DNA from: an uncultured Acidobacteriaceae bacterium
GTDB taxonomy: Bacteria; Acidobacteriota; Terriglobia; Terriglobales; Acidobacteriaceae
Direction of reading: 5' to 3'
Length of the DNA: 50,468 nt
Assembly (NCBI GenBank): GCA_964252505.1
Contig: CAXUNW010000001.1
Location: 1-50,468, forward strand
Below are positions 29,106-38,630 of this stretch, piece after piece; position 1 is the first letter of the stretch; each line of letters begins with the position of its first letter. Below the pieces are notes generated by a model. The model was not told where the DNA came from. It made no database searches and saw only the letters and a program-made list of their open reading frames with translations. The position numbers and the translations under genes were made by a program.

Positions 29106-29257
29106 GCGTCAGACGCATTCAGGATCAATTTGACCATCGACCCTTGCACCGGCAGCCCCCGATCACCTTCCCGAAACCAGCCATTTCTTGAGGGCTTATT
29201 CAAAAAGCGGCCTAAAGCTTCTGGTCCGCTCGCAAAGCGGGATATGCTTAAAGTCCT

Positions 29258-30745
29258 ATGAATAACCAAAGTCCGATAGGCAGGATCGATACAGGTATCA
29301 GCGGGTTGAACGATATCCTATCCGGCGGCCTTCCTGCGGGCCAGATGTACCTCCTCGAAGGAATACCGGGGACCGGCAAGACGACGATTGCCATGCAGTT
29401 CGTTCGAGTGGCAATCCTGGCCGGGGAGAAGGCACTCTACGTTACGTTGTCAGAGTCCAAACGAGAACTCGAGGCATCGGCCCGCTCCCACGGCTGGCGC
29501 GGAGAAGAGCTTTCGATCGCAGAGTTCGTTCCTGAGGAAGCGAGCCTCAGCCCGCAACAGCAATACACGGTCTTCCATCCAAGCGAGGTGGAGCTGGCAA
29601 CCACAATCAGCATGCTTACCGCGCTGATTGACGAGGTCAGGCCGACGCGCCTGGTCATTGATTCTCTGTCGGAACTTAGGCTTCTTGCCGCCGACACGAT
29701 GCGCTACCGACGACAATTGCTGGCGCTGAAGCAATTTTTCGCGGGGCGTGACACCACAGTCTTGCTGCTGGACGACCGCTCGGCAGATGGAAGCGACATG
29801 CAACTGCAGAGCATTGCCCACGGCGTTATGCGTCTCAATAAGGTGCCCCGCAGCTATGGCGTCAACCGTCGCCAGGTAGAGATCCTGAAACTACGCGGAA
29901 GCGCATTTCGTGAGGGGTTTCATGATTACACGATAGAAACGGGGGGAGTGCAGATCTATCCACGGCTCATCGCCAACGAGCATCCTGGAAGCTTTAAGGA
30001 TGAGCGTGTCGAGAGCGGCATTCCTGCCCTCGATGCAATGTTCGACGGGGGTATAAGGCGAGGATCGTCCACGCTTCTGATCGGTCCAACGGGCGCGGGA
30101 AAGTCTACGACTGCAACGCAGTATGCATGCACATCAGCGCAGCGCGGGCAGCGGGCGATTCTGTACTCCTTTGATGAGGTTCTGGGAACCGCAATCGATC
30201 GAGCGGAAGCGCTGGGCATCCCCGTACGAAGTCAGCTGGCCAGGGGAACGCTCTCCATGTCGCAGATCGACCCAGCCGAACTTTCCCCTGGCGAATTTAT
30301 TTGGCAAATTCGAAAGGATGTTGAAGAACACGATACCCGGGTTCTGGTCATCGACAGCCTCAACGGCTTTTTGAACGCCATGCCTGGGGAACGAGACCTG
30401 ATCCTGCAGCTGCACGAGCTGATCGCCTTCCTGAATCAGAAAGGGGTTGCGACCTTTCTGATCCTGACCCAGCACGGTCTCTTTGGCGCAATGCAGGTGG
30501 AGATGGATGTCAGCTATCTTGCGGACACAATCGTCATGTTGCGATATTTTGAGGCACAAGGCGAGATTCGTCAGGTGATCTCGGTGCTCAAGCAGAGACA
30601 GGGACGGCATGAGCGTACCCTGCGTGAATTTCGCCTGGAGCCGACTGGCATCTATGTCGGTGAGCCGCTACGCAACTTTCGCGGCATCCTGACGGGAGTT
30701 CCTGATGTGACCGCTTCTCCGGGAAAGATCAAGGGAGAGGTCTGA
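29258..30745 (+). CDS. kaiC: KaiC-like double-domain ATPase
   Basis: Two RecA-like domains with Walker A GIPGTGKT and GPTGAGKS, VIDSL Walker B twice, KLRGS and KQRQG. The region matching the phosphosites reads DVSYLADT. Confidence 0.85.
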   Translation: MNNQSPIGRIDTGISGLNDILSGGLPAGQMYLLEGIPGTGKTTIAMQFVRVAILAGEKALYVTLSESKRELEASARSHGWRGEELSIAEFVPEEASLSPQQQYTVFHPSEVELATTISMLTALIDEVRPTRLVIDSLSELRLLAADTMRYRRQLLALKQFFAGRDTTVLLLDDRSADGSDMQLQSIAHGVMRLNKVPRSYGVNRRQVEILKLRGSAFREGFHDYTIETGGVQIYPRLIANEHPGSFKDERVESGIPALDAMFDGGIRRGSSTLLIGPTGAGKSTTATQYACTSAQRGQRAILYSFDEVLGTAIDRAEALGIPVRSQLARGTLSMSQIDPAELSPGEFIWQIRKDVEEHDTRVLVIDSLNGFLNAMPGERDLILQLHELIAFLNQKGVATFLILTQHGLFGAMQVEMDVSYLADTIVMLRYFEAQGEIRQVISVLKQRQGRHERTLREFRLEPTGIYVGEPLRNFRGILTGVPDVTASPGKIKGEV

Positions 30746-30747
30746 GT

Positions 30748-32262
30748 GTGAGCCTTTCCGTTCGCGTTATCGCGCCCACGGGGCGGGATGCGCAATTGAT
30801 CGTTGATGTGCTGCGGCAGCATGGAGTGTTGGCCACCACCAGCCGCCTGGACGATCTGCTTGCGAGTCTCCAAAAGGACTCGCTGCTCGGACCTCTGCTC
30901 ATCGCCGAGGAGGCACTGCACCTGGCGGCTATTCAAGAGCTAAGCCACTACATACAGCATCAGCCATCATGGTCGGATCTACCTATTCTGGTCCTGACTG
31001 CAAGCGGCCGGGAGACTTCGTATTCTTCTCGCATGCAGAACGAACGCCTGCCGCTCGGGTCTCCGATTCTTCTGGAGCGTCCTATCCGGTCCGCGACGCT
31101 CGTCAGCAGTGTTCAGGCGGCACTCCGAGCCCGCATACGGCAGTATGAGATCCGGGATGCAGTATCGGAGCTCAAGGACGAGCGAGAGATCCTGCAGGCC
31201 ATGCTCGATAGCTTGCCGGTTGGAATCGTCTTTGCCAAAGCCTCCGGCCAGATTGTTCGAGGTAACCGACGTCTGGAGGCGATTCTTAGGCACCCACTGA
31301 TTCAAAGCCCGAACCTGGAAAGTCACAGTGAATGGGTCGCCTACCATCCTGATGGAAGGCGGGTAGCCGCGCATGAGTTTCCGCTTGTACGGGCTATACA
31401 ATCCGGCCACGCACAGCCATCCGAGGAGTATTTATACCAGCGGGGCGATGGAACGCAGGGGTGGATCAGTCTGGCGGCTGCCCCAGTGATCAATGAGTTG
31501 GGCGAGGTGACTGGCGGGATAGTTGCCCTGTCAGACATAGACCAACAGAAGCGGTCGGAACTCGCCTTGATCCAGAGCGAGAAGCTGGCTGCGGTGGGTC
31601 GGCTGGCCGCGTCGATCTCACACGAGATAAACAACCCCCTTGAAGCGGTTACAAATTTGATTTACCTGGCGCGTCAGCATCAAGGAATCCCGGATGAGGT
31701 CAAGGAGTTCCTTCTTAGCGCGGATCAGGAACTCGCTCGGGTGTCGCAGATCGTCAGTCACACGCTTCGCTTTCACCGGCAGTCGACCAGACCAAGTGCC
31801 ATCTCTGCCGAAGATCTACTGGCGCCGGCGCTTGGTTTGTACGGTGGCCGGATTGCTAATGCGGGAGTCCACCTGGTGGTTGAGCATTGCACATCGAGTC
31901 TGATCCATTGCTACGAGGGGGAGATCCGCCAGGTACTGAACAACCTGATTGCAAATGCTATTGAGTCCATGAAGCTGGGGGGCCGCCTTACAGTTCGCAC
32001 CCGGAACTCGCGTCTTTGGCAGACCGGCCAGCAGGCGGTGCGCATCACGATTGCGGATAGTGGCCAGGGAATAGAAGCGAAGGTACTGGGGCAGATCTTC
32101 GAAGCCTTCTTTACCACTAAAGGCCTAAACGGTACCGGGCTTGGCCTCTGGATTTCAATGGGAATCGTTGCTAAACACAAAGGCCGGCTACAGGTGTATT
32201 CGAGAACGAGGCCGCCGAAGACCGGAACTGTCTTCAGTCTTGTCCTGCCGACCGAGCCATGA
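30748..32262 (+). CDS. sensor histidine kinase: degenerate receiver + PAS + HisKA + HATPase
   Basis: H-box SISHEINNPL, N-box QVLNNLIANA, DSGQG, FFTTK, GTGLGL; N-terminal REC-like region (IAEEAL; LERP). Confidence 0.9.
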   Translation: MSLSVRVIAPTGRDAQLIVDVLRQHGVLATTSRLDDLLASLQKDSLLGPLLIAEEALHLAAIQELSHYIQHQPSWSDLPILVLTASGRETSYSSRMQNERLPLGSPILLERPIRSATLVSSVQAALRARIRQYEIRDAVSELKDEREILQAMLDSLPVGIVFAKASGQIVRGNRRLEAILRHPLIQSPNLESHSEWVAYHPDGRRVAAHEFPLVRAIQSGHAQPSEEYLYQRGDGTQGWISLAAAPVINELGEVTGGIVALSDIDQQKRSELALIQSEKLAAVGRLAASISHEINNPLEAVTNLIYLARQHQGIPDEVKEFLLSADQELARVSQIVSHTLRFHRQSTRPSAISAEDLLAPALGLYGGRIANAGVHLVVEHCTSSLIHCYEGEIRQVLNNLIANAIESMKLGGRLTVRTRNSRLWQTGQQAVRITIADSGQGIEAKVLGQIFEAFFTTKGLNGTGLGLWISMGIVAKHKGRLQVYSRTRPPKTGTVFSLVLPTEP

Positions 32263-32333
32263 CGCAACTGATGCTCCGGTTGACGGACCATCCTAGCAAA
32301 GCAGGAGCCGCCGTGCTGCCTCTTATATGTCGC

Positions 32334-33917
32334 CTACTTTCCCGCTACTTGGTTCCCTGCGAGGTGCTTACCCGCGGGGAGAGCCCAGGCGAACAAAACA
32401 TCTCCTGCGCCGGTCACCACGTACTGCCGTCCGTCGAGTTCATAGGTCATGGGTGATGTATTGATAGCCGCTCCTGTGGCTGTGTGCCACAGCGTCTTTC
32501 CATTTCGTGTGTCCAGCGCAATGAAGTTGCCATGCACATCCCCGGTGAAGGTGATGCCAGACTCTGTGGTCATTACTCCCGCGCCTGAACCCCCCTCGCC
32601 GATCTCGTGACTCCACTTGATCTTTCCGGTCTGGTAGTCGATTGCCTCAATCACGCTTTTGCCCCATAGCCCATAGTCCGCCCCTGCCCAGCCATAGGTG
32701 CCATCTGCCGGCTTGGCGAAGTAAATACTCCAACTCGGATGCGCAGACACCACGAACAAGCCTGTTTTACGATCAAAACTTGGGGATCGATAATTTGTGA
32801 GTCCGCCTTCGTCAGGGGCAATCAGCACTCCATCGGGTGATGGCTCCTTCTCACGGGCCGGCTGCGGTTCTCCATTGGCTCCAATCCCCGAGGCCCAGTT
32901 GACCGGACCAAATGGAGTTGAGAGCAAAGCCTTTCCATTTGTCCTGTCTAGAACGAAGAAGTACCCGTTCCGCGATGCCTGAAGGAGCATCTTGCGCTGC
33001 TCTCCGTGGAACTCAGCATCCACCAGCACGGGAACCTCTACCGCGTCCCAGTCATGTGTATCGTGCGGCGACGGTTGAAATGCCCACGCCATTTTTCCAC
33101 TATCCGGGTCAAGCGCTACGATGCTGCACGTGTAGAGGTTATCTCCCGGCCGCGTCGCCCCCGTCAGTACCGGAGTCGGATTGCCGGTTCCCCAGAACAT
33201 CAGGTTCTGCGCTGAATCGTATGTTCCTGTAATCCACGAAGCTCCGCCGGTGGTTGCATCTGGAGTTCCGGCCGGCGGTGTGGCTTCCCACTGCCACTGA
33301 GTTTTTCCGGTCTCTGCGTCTACTGATCGCAAGAAATTTGTCAGATTATCGATGTCACCTGCTACTCCAACTACAACGTGGTTTCGAACAACCAAGGGAG
33401 CCATGGTCATCCAATATCCTTTTTTTACATCTGCGATCTCAATATCCCACCGCACCTTCCCGTCCTTCGCATTCAACGAGACCAGATGTGCATTTGGAGT
33501 TGTGAAGTAGAGCCACCCGCCAGACATTGCAACTCCCCGTTGTCCGATGTGGTCGCCAGGCGAAGGTGGATACGTGTAGTGCCAGATCAAGCGTCCCGAG
33601 CGCGCATCCACGGCCCAGATGTTCTCCGGGACCGTGAAATAGAGGACGCCATCCACCAGTAGAGGCGTTGACTTCAACGCCGCCAGTTGATGGGTCTGGA
33701 ACGCCCATGCCATGCCAAGGTTCTCGACATTTCCTGGGGTAATTTGAGTCAGTGCGCTGTGGCGCCTGCCGCTATAGTCACCGTGGTACACAGGCCAGGT
33801 GTCCGACGGCGGCTTCATCATCCGGGCAGTGTCAAGGTTTTGCCCTGCTGCTACTGCGGAGGTCAACGCCAGGATCCAAACTATGGCTCTCATCTTCTTT
33901 ACCGTCACTGCGACCAC
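32334..33917 (-). CDS. PQQ-type beta-propeller dehydrogenase ('acido-empty-quinoprotein group A'-like)
   Basis: WPVYHGDYSGRRHSAL, repeated A.D..TGK..W docking motifs, WGTGNPTP, PHDTHDWD; no vicinal CC. Confidence 0.85.
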   Translation of the reverse strand: MVAVTVKKMRAIVWILALTSAVAAGQNLDTARMMKPPSDTWPVYHGDYSGRRHSALTQITPGNVENLGMAWAFQTHQLAALKSTPLLVDGVLYFTVPENIWAVDARSGRLIWHYTYPPSPGDHIGQRGVAMSGGWLYFTTPNAHLVSLNAKDGKVRWDIEIADVKKGYWMTMAPLVVRNHVVVGVAGDIDNLTNFLRSVDAETGKTQWQWEATPPAGTPDATTGGASWITGTYDSAQNLMFWGTGNPTPVLTGATRPGDNLYTCSIVALDPDSGKMAWAFQPSPHDTHDWDAVEVPVLVDAEFHGEQRKMLLQASRNGYFFVLDRTNGKALLSTPFGPVNWASGIGANGEPQPAREKEPSPDGVLIAPDEGGLTNYRSPSFDRKTGLFVVSAHPSWSIYFAKPADGTYGWAGADYGLWGKSVIEAIDYQTGKIKWSHEIGEGGSGAGVMTTESGITFTGDVHGNFIALDTRNGKTLWHTATGAAINTSPMTYELDGRQYVVTGAGDVLFAWALPAGKHLAGNQVAGK

Positions 33918-33922
33918 CTTTT

Positions 33923-34972
33923 TTACTTCAACGTCTGGATGTATGCCATCAAGTTATGGATATCCGCGTCCGTATACTTTGGAAACTGCTCTACGTGTGC
34001 GTTGACCGGAGAATCCACAGCGAACTTGATCTCTCCTGTTGACCAGGAGCGGTACGTTCCATCCGCGTCCTTCATCCCAAGCAGAAACTCATCCTGATAT
34101 ACCAAGGTCCCGACATAGGTCGTTCCTGCTGCTGTCACCGTTACTTTGCTCTTCACGTTGCGGGGATACAGCATTCGCATCTCAAGCTGCAGACCCTCGT
34201 ACCTCGAAGCAATCCCAGCCAGATCTCCGGTGGCTGAGTGGCATTTGGCACATCCGCCCGCTACTTCAAAGTAGGCCTTTCCCGCCGCAACATTTCCCGT
34301 CTGCAGATCGGAGACGTCTACCCCACGCCGCTTCCCACCCTTGGCTGTAGCAGCAGTTGCCTGTCCGTGCACAAACGCTGCAATGCTAGCGACCTCCGCA
34401 TCCGCGAACCGGAATGCCGGCATCTTTGGAAGCCGACCATTCCGCAGGACCTCCCCGATCTTGTCGCCGCCCATGTCTGCGCGTACCACCAAGGACCGCG
34501 TCAGGTCCGGCCCCGACTCTCCGCCCGCAGCATCTCGACCATGGCAGAAAGCGCAGTTCTGCTGATAGATCGGACCTCCTTTTTCGGCCAGGGTTGGCTC
34601 ATGCACCGCACCAGTCGCCGGGAGAGCTGCAGTAGGAGCAGCTACCGCGGTCATCCCGCCTCCCGCGCTTGCCTTCAAGAAGGTTAGAAGCCCGGCCAGT
34701 TCCTCTCCCTGGATCTTCGGGAACCCCGGCATGCTGCCCTTGCCGTTATGGATCTGCGTGGTCAACTCCGCGTCTGTCAATCGACTCGTTACCCCTACCA
34801 GGGAGGGGAAGGTCGGTGGATGGCCAGAGCGGTCAGCTCCATGGCACATCGCGCAGTGATCGGCATAAGAGGTCGCCCCAACGTCTCCTGCTTTGGTCTG
34901 GGCAGGAGATCGCCATGTGCCAAGTGAACCGACCGCAATAGTTACCAGAGCCAACACCCGCATCTGTCTCAT
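33923..34972 (-). CDS. periplasmic c-type cytochrome with three CxxCH motifs
   Basis: CAMCH, CAFCH, CAKCH; signal peptide; MP axial-ligand motifs. Confidence 0.9.
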   Translation of the reverse strand: MRQMRVLALVTIAVGSLGTWRSPAQTKAGDVGATSYADHCAMCHGADRSGHPPTFPSLVGVTSRLTDAELTTQIHNGKGSMPGFPKIQGEELAGLLTFLKASAGGGMTAVAAPTAALPATGAVHEPTLAEKGGPIYQQNCAFCHGRDAAGGESGPDLTRSLVVRADMGGDKIGEVLRNGRLPKMPAFRFADAEVASIAAFVHGQATAATAKGGKRRGVDVSDLQTGNVAAGKAYFEVAGGCAKCHSATGDLAGIASRYEGLQLEMRMLYPRNVKSKVTVTAAGTTYVGTLVYQDEFLLGMKDADGTYRSWSTGEIKFAVDSPVNAHVEQFPKYTDADIHNLMAYIQTLK

Positions 34973-35057
34973 TCCTGCCCCGATCTGTAAGCCAACAGTC
35001 TACTCGTTCCGCTCTATGTCGTTCCACGTCGTCAAATATCGTCCCGAGAACATCCCG

Positions 35058-36017
35058 TCAGACCCACCATGCCGCAACAGGACTCTCGCGTATCACGATG
35101 TCATTCAGGAACTTTGCTGCTTTCGTGAGTCCTTCCTCCGGGGCCATCAAGCTATCCTCATGCTCGATTGAGAGTACCTCGTCATAGCCGAACATTCGAA
35201 GCGTTGAGATGAACTCCTTCCACCACTCCGCCCCATGCCCATATCCGCATGTCCGGAAGATCCATCCACGGGTTCGCTCATCCGTATATGGCTTTGTATC
35301 GAGCACTCCTGTCCGGTCCAGGTTTGCCGAATACATCTGTGTGTCCTTGGCATGAACGTGGAAGATCGCATCACCCAGCACTCGGATGGCACCAATCGGA
35401 TCGATTCCCTGCCAGAACATGTGGCTCGGATCGTAGTTGCACCCCACGCTGGGCCCTGCAATTTCCCTGAGACGAAGCATCGTCTCAGGGCTGTGCACCA
35501 CAAATCCCGGATGCATCTCGATGGCGACGCGAATACCGTGATCAGAGGCAAATCTGCTGCGCTCGACCCAATATGGCGTCACCACCTCATCCCACTGCCA
35601 CTTCAACACCTCAAGGTATTCGGGCGGCCAAGGACAGGTGATCCAGTTTGGCGCCTTAGCACCCGGCGCGTCTCCAGGGCACCCTGAAAAGTCGACCACC
35701 GTCTTTACTCCAAGTTTTTCCGCCAGGAGAATCGTCCGGCGGTTCACTTCAGCCATGGATTCTGCCTGCACTGCATTTGGGTGCAGCGGATTTCCATGGC
35801 AGCTTAGCGCGCTGATGTTAACCTCAGCCTCCGCGAGGGTGTCCTTGAAGGCCGCTAGCGCGGACGCATCTTCAAGCATCGCGAGATCGCAGTGTGCCGC
35901 CCCTGGATAGTTTCCAGTCCCCAGCTCAACCGTCGAAATGCCCAAGCCCTTTAGCTTCGCGAGCACAGCCTTCATCGGCATTCCCGACAACAACGGCGTA
36001 AACACTCCAACCTTCAT
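35058..36017 (-). CDS. sugar phosphate isomerase/epimerase (xylose isomerase-like TIM barrel, AP_endonuc_2)
   Basis: LSCHGNPLHP, IEMHP, NYDPSH, HVHAKD, SIEHED metal-binding motifs. Start reset to the ATG at 36017 (GGAG RBS). Confidence 0.88.
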   Translation of the reverse strand: MKVGVFTPLLSGMPMKAVLAKLKGLGISTVELGTGNYPGAAHCDLAMLEDASALAAFKDTLAEAEVNISALSCHGNPLHPNAVQAESMAEVNRRTILLAEKLGVKTVVDFSGCPGDAPGAKAPNWITCPWPPEYLEVLKWQWDEVVTPYWVERSRFASDHGIRVAIEMHPGFVVHSPETMLRLREIAGPSVGCNYDPSHMFWQGIDPIGAIRVLGDAIFHVHAKDTQMYSANLDRTGVLDTKPYTDERTRGWIFRTCGYGHGAEWWKEFISTLRMFGYDEVLSIEHEDSLMAPEEGLTKAAKFLNDIVIRESPVAAWWV

Positions 36018-36120
36018 CCTGTTCTCCATCACTCTCATTTTGCTGTTCAGCATCCAGGGTATTTACAGCACCTCAAGGAAACCGCCTGGTTGAAAGTCAG
36101 TCCGCTTTGCACTTGTCCGC

Positions 36121-37287
36121 TCAACCTGCTACATGCTCTACTTCCGTCCAAACCCCGCCAGCCGCAGCGCTCTTCAGCATAGCCTCTACCAGACATGTCG
36201 AACGGTACCCATCTTCAAAGGTGGGTAACATCTGCGGCTTAGCCGCCACCTGGGCTCCCGCTGCGATCCACTCATACGCATCCCGCATCAGGTTGCAAAA
36301 TGCATCGGCCCATGCCTCCTGGTGGCCGCCCGGTAGATGCACATATCGCCGCACCTCCGGCGAGACCAGTCCTGGATCCTTCATCATTACGGCGTTCGGC
36401 CTGTCATGGTATCCAAGCCATAACTCATTCTGTTCTTCCTGCTTCCATTTTAGTGAGCAGGCCCTTCCATTTACTTCGAGAGCAACGTCATTTTTGTGTC
36501 CCGGAAGCACCTGCCCCACGGAAAATGCACCCTTGGCGCCCCCCTCAAACCGTACAAGCACACTTGCGAGATCCTCTGCCTGCACCGAGACTGGAGTCTT
36601 CTGCCCGGAGGTAGTTGCTGAAAAAGCTTCTCCGGACGCGCCAGCGGAATACCGGACCGGAATGACTGTAGTTAGATCTGCCAGCACCGACACAATCTTC
36701 AATCCCGATACATGCTCCGCCAGATCACACCAGTGCGATCCAATGTCTCCCAGAGCCGAACTCACACCACCTTTAGCTGGGTCAGACCGCCAGGAGTACA
36801 CATTGGGATCTGCCATCCAGTCCTGCAGATAGTGGCCATGCACAAAGCTTACGGCGCCCGCCTCTCCTCGTGCCACCATTCCCCGTGCCTGCTGCACCAG
36901 TGGATTGCCCCGATAGTTGAACGTGACCACATGTCCAACCCCGGCCTTTAGAGCCGCATCTCGCAGCGTCTTGCCTTCCGCCGAGTTGATTGCCAGCGGC
37001 TTGTCTGATATGACGTGCTTGCCTGCTGACAAAGCCGCCAGCGTTACTTCAAGGTGCAGCGAGTTGGGCGTGGTGTTGTGCACCACGTGGATTTCCGGGT
37101 CTGCGATCAACGCTCGAAAATCACCATACGCACGGTCTACCTTGTACTCCTGAGCCTTTCGTTCCGCCGAGATCTGCGAAGATCCCGCAATTGCGATTAC
37201 GTCCACATCGCCCAGCCGACGCACAGCATCAATATGATGGGCCGCTACAAACCCCGGTCCAATCAACCCCATACCCAACTTCTTCAT
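36121..37287 (-). CDS. Gfo/Idh/MocA family oxidoreductase
   Basis: GLIGPGFVA, TPNSLH, HVISDKPL, DIGSHW. Start reset to 37287. Confidence 0.9.
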   Translation of the reverse strand: MKKLGMGLIGPGFVAAHHIDAVRRLGDVDVIAIAGSSQISAERKAQEYKVDRAYGDFRALIADPEIHVVHNTTPNSLHLEVTLAALSAGKHVISDKPLAINSAEGKTLRDAALKAGVGHVVTFNYRGNPLVQQARGMVARGEAGAVSFVHGHYLQDWMADPNVYSWRSDPAKGGVSSALGDIGSHWCDLAEHVSGLKIVSVLADLTTVIPVRYSAGASGEAFSATTSGQKTPVSVQAEDLASVLVRFEGGAKGAFSVGQVLPGHKNDVALEVNGRACSLKWKQEEQNELWLGYHDRPNAVMMKDPGLVSPEVRRYVHLPGGHQEAWADAFCNLMRDAYEWIAAGAQVAAKPQMLPTFEDGYRSTCLVEAMLKSAAAGGVWTEVEHVAG

Positions 37288-37397
37288 CGTGCCAGCCTCT
37301 GTTCTGTTCTCTTGAAGGAATACGCGAGACCCTATAGGCCTTTGAAGTTGCAGCTGACTGCGTCTTTTCTGGCTCGTCCATCTGGCAGGAGCCTCCT

Positions 37398-38276
37398 TTA
37401 GTGTGCAGACGCCTCCACCCGCTGATGTGCCACTGTACTGCCGACGGTCATACCCAGTGCCCACTTAACAGCCTCAAAATACATTGTTTTTACATCCGGA
37501 TCTTCCCACGCCTCCTCCGTATGCCCAAGCGTTGAATAAAATACATGTCCTTTCCCGTACATCTTTGACCATGCCACTGGAAAATCATGATCCATACGGT
37601 GGATCCGGGGATTGTTCGTGTAGTCGAGCTTGCTGGAATCCAGGCTCAGCAGCACATGTACTTTGCTCCGTTCCCAACTTTTAGGCTGGTAGATCTCGTC
37701 GTACTTCACAAACTCTTTGGGGAGGTGCCGTACCGCAGGGAACTCGGGGTCTTCATTCACGATGGGTGCGTTAAATGTCATCCAGGGATGCTGGTCAAAC
37801 CACCCGCCAATCATCTCCCCGTACTCCGGCCAGGTGTAGTTTGTATCGAGCGCCGCATGGATGCCCACGAAACCCTTACCATCGTCATGAATAAACGACA
37901 TCATGTCGGCCTTCTGCGTCGCGTCCATGTCCAGTTCACCTGTCGTGCTCGCGAAGACGATTGCGTCAAAATATTTAAGATTCTTCGCATTCGCCTTCAT
38001 GTCTTTTTTTGTTAGCAGTTCGGTATCAGTTCGGAGCATGGTGTCCCAGAGCCCACTCTCTTTACCCATCCGGTAAATTGCCGCCATGGTCGCCGACACC
38101 GAATCGTGCTCAAACCCCTTCGTCTGCCCAATAACCAGAACATGCTTCAGATGCGTTGTCTTCGCATGAGGTGCTGGAGCAACCGATGCTAGTCCTGTCT
38201 GCTCCTGCGCAAAAGCAAATGTGCCAAATCCAAGTAAGACCGCGCCGACCATTACAGAGCTTTGAAGAAGCCGCAT
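37398..38276 (-). CDS. secreted ThuA-domain protein
   Basis: GFEHDS, GKGFVGIHAA, DEIYQ, GKGHVFYSTLGH; signal peptide; GGAGG RBS before the ATG at 38276. Confidence 0.85.
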   Translation of the reverse strand: MRLLQSSVMVGAVLLGFGTFAFAQEQTGLASVAPAPHAKTTHLKHVLVIGQTKGFEHDSVSATMAAIYRMGKESGLWDTMLRTDTELLTKKDMKANAKNLKYFDAIVFASTTGELDMDATQKADMMSFIHDDGKGFVGIHAALDTNYTWPEYGEMIGGWFDQHPWMTFNAPIVNEDPEFPAVRHLPKEFVKYDEIYQPKSWERSKVHVLLSLDSSKLDYTNNPRIHRMDHDFPVAWSKMYGKGHVFYSTLGHTEEAWEDPDVKTMYFEAVKWALGMTVGSTVAHQRVEASAH

Positions 38277-38587
38277 ACTACCTCCATGCAACATGCGGGC
38301 TGAGCGCCATGATGACGAAAAACACTGCTCATGCCCTTCATGTTTGCGTGAGAAGTCTACCGGCCATAGAGCAGAAGAGGCAATCTTCGCGAGGGATTTA
38401 CCGGGTTCGCAGGGTTCACTGTCTCGCCGTGCAACTCGCATGTTCCTCATTTGCGAAAGTAGACGACGTACAGAATACCTTGAGCAACGAACTGGGCTTG
38501 TAGACCAGGAGATTGGCGTGAAATCTTTAAGCGTCCCCAAATGATGTAGATACGCAACGAAGTGCCTCCGTTGTGAGGCACGCCAGC

Positions 38588-38627
38588 TTGACACGAAGTA
38601 TAGAGGTTAGGCGAATATAAAGCGAAC
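38588..38627 (+). promoter_or_regulatory. promoter with putative LexA (SOS) box upstream of imuA
   Basis: TTGACA at 38588. GAAT-N7-GAAC at 38613-38627 is one mismatch from GAAC-N7-GAAC, the reverse complement of the GTTC-N7-GTTC LexA box of Alphaproteobacteria/Acidobacterium, and overlaps TATAAA. Confidence 0.6.
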
Positions 38628-38630
38628 AAC

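Noticed and set aside
29258-30745. Complete circadian clock
   Set aside because: No kaiA or kaiB in the window and non-canonical phosphosites; only a KaiC-like ATPase is supported.
38277-38594. Long N-terminal extension of the ThuA ORF
   Set aside because: A GGAGG RBS and a signal peptide support the start at 38276; the extension covers the divergent promoter region.
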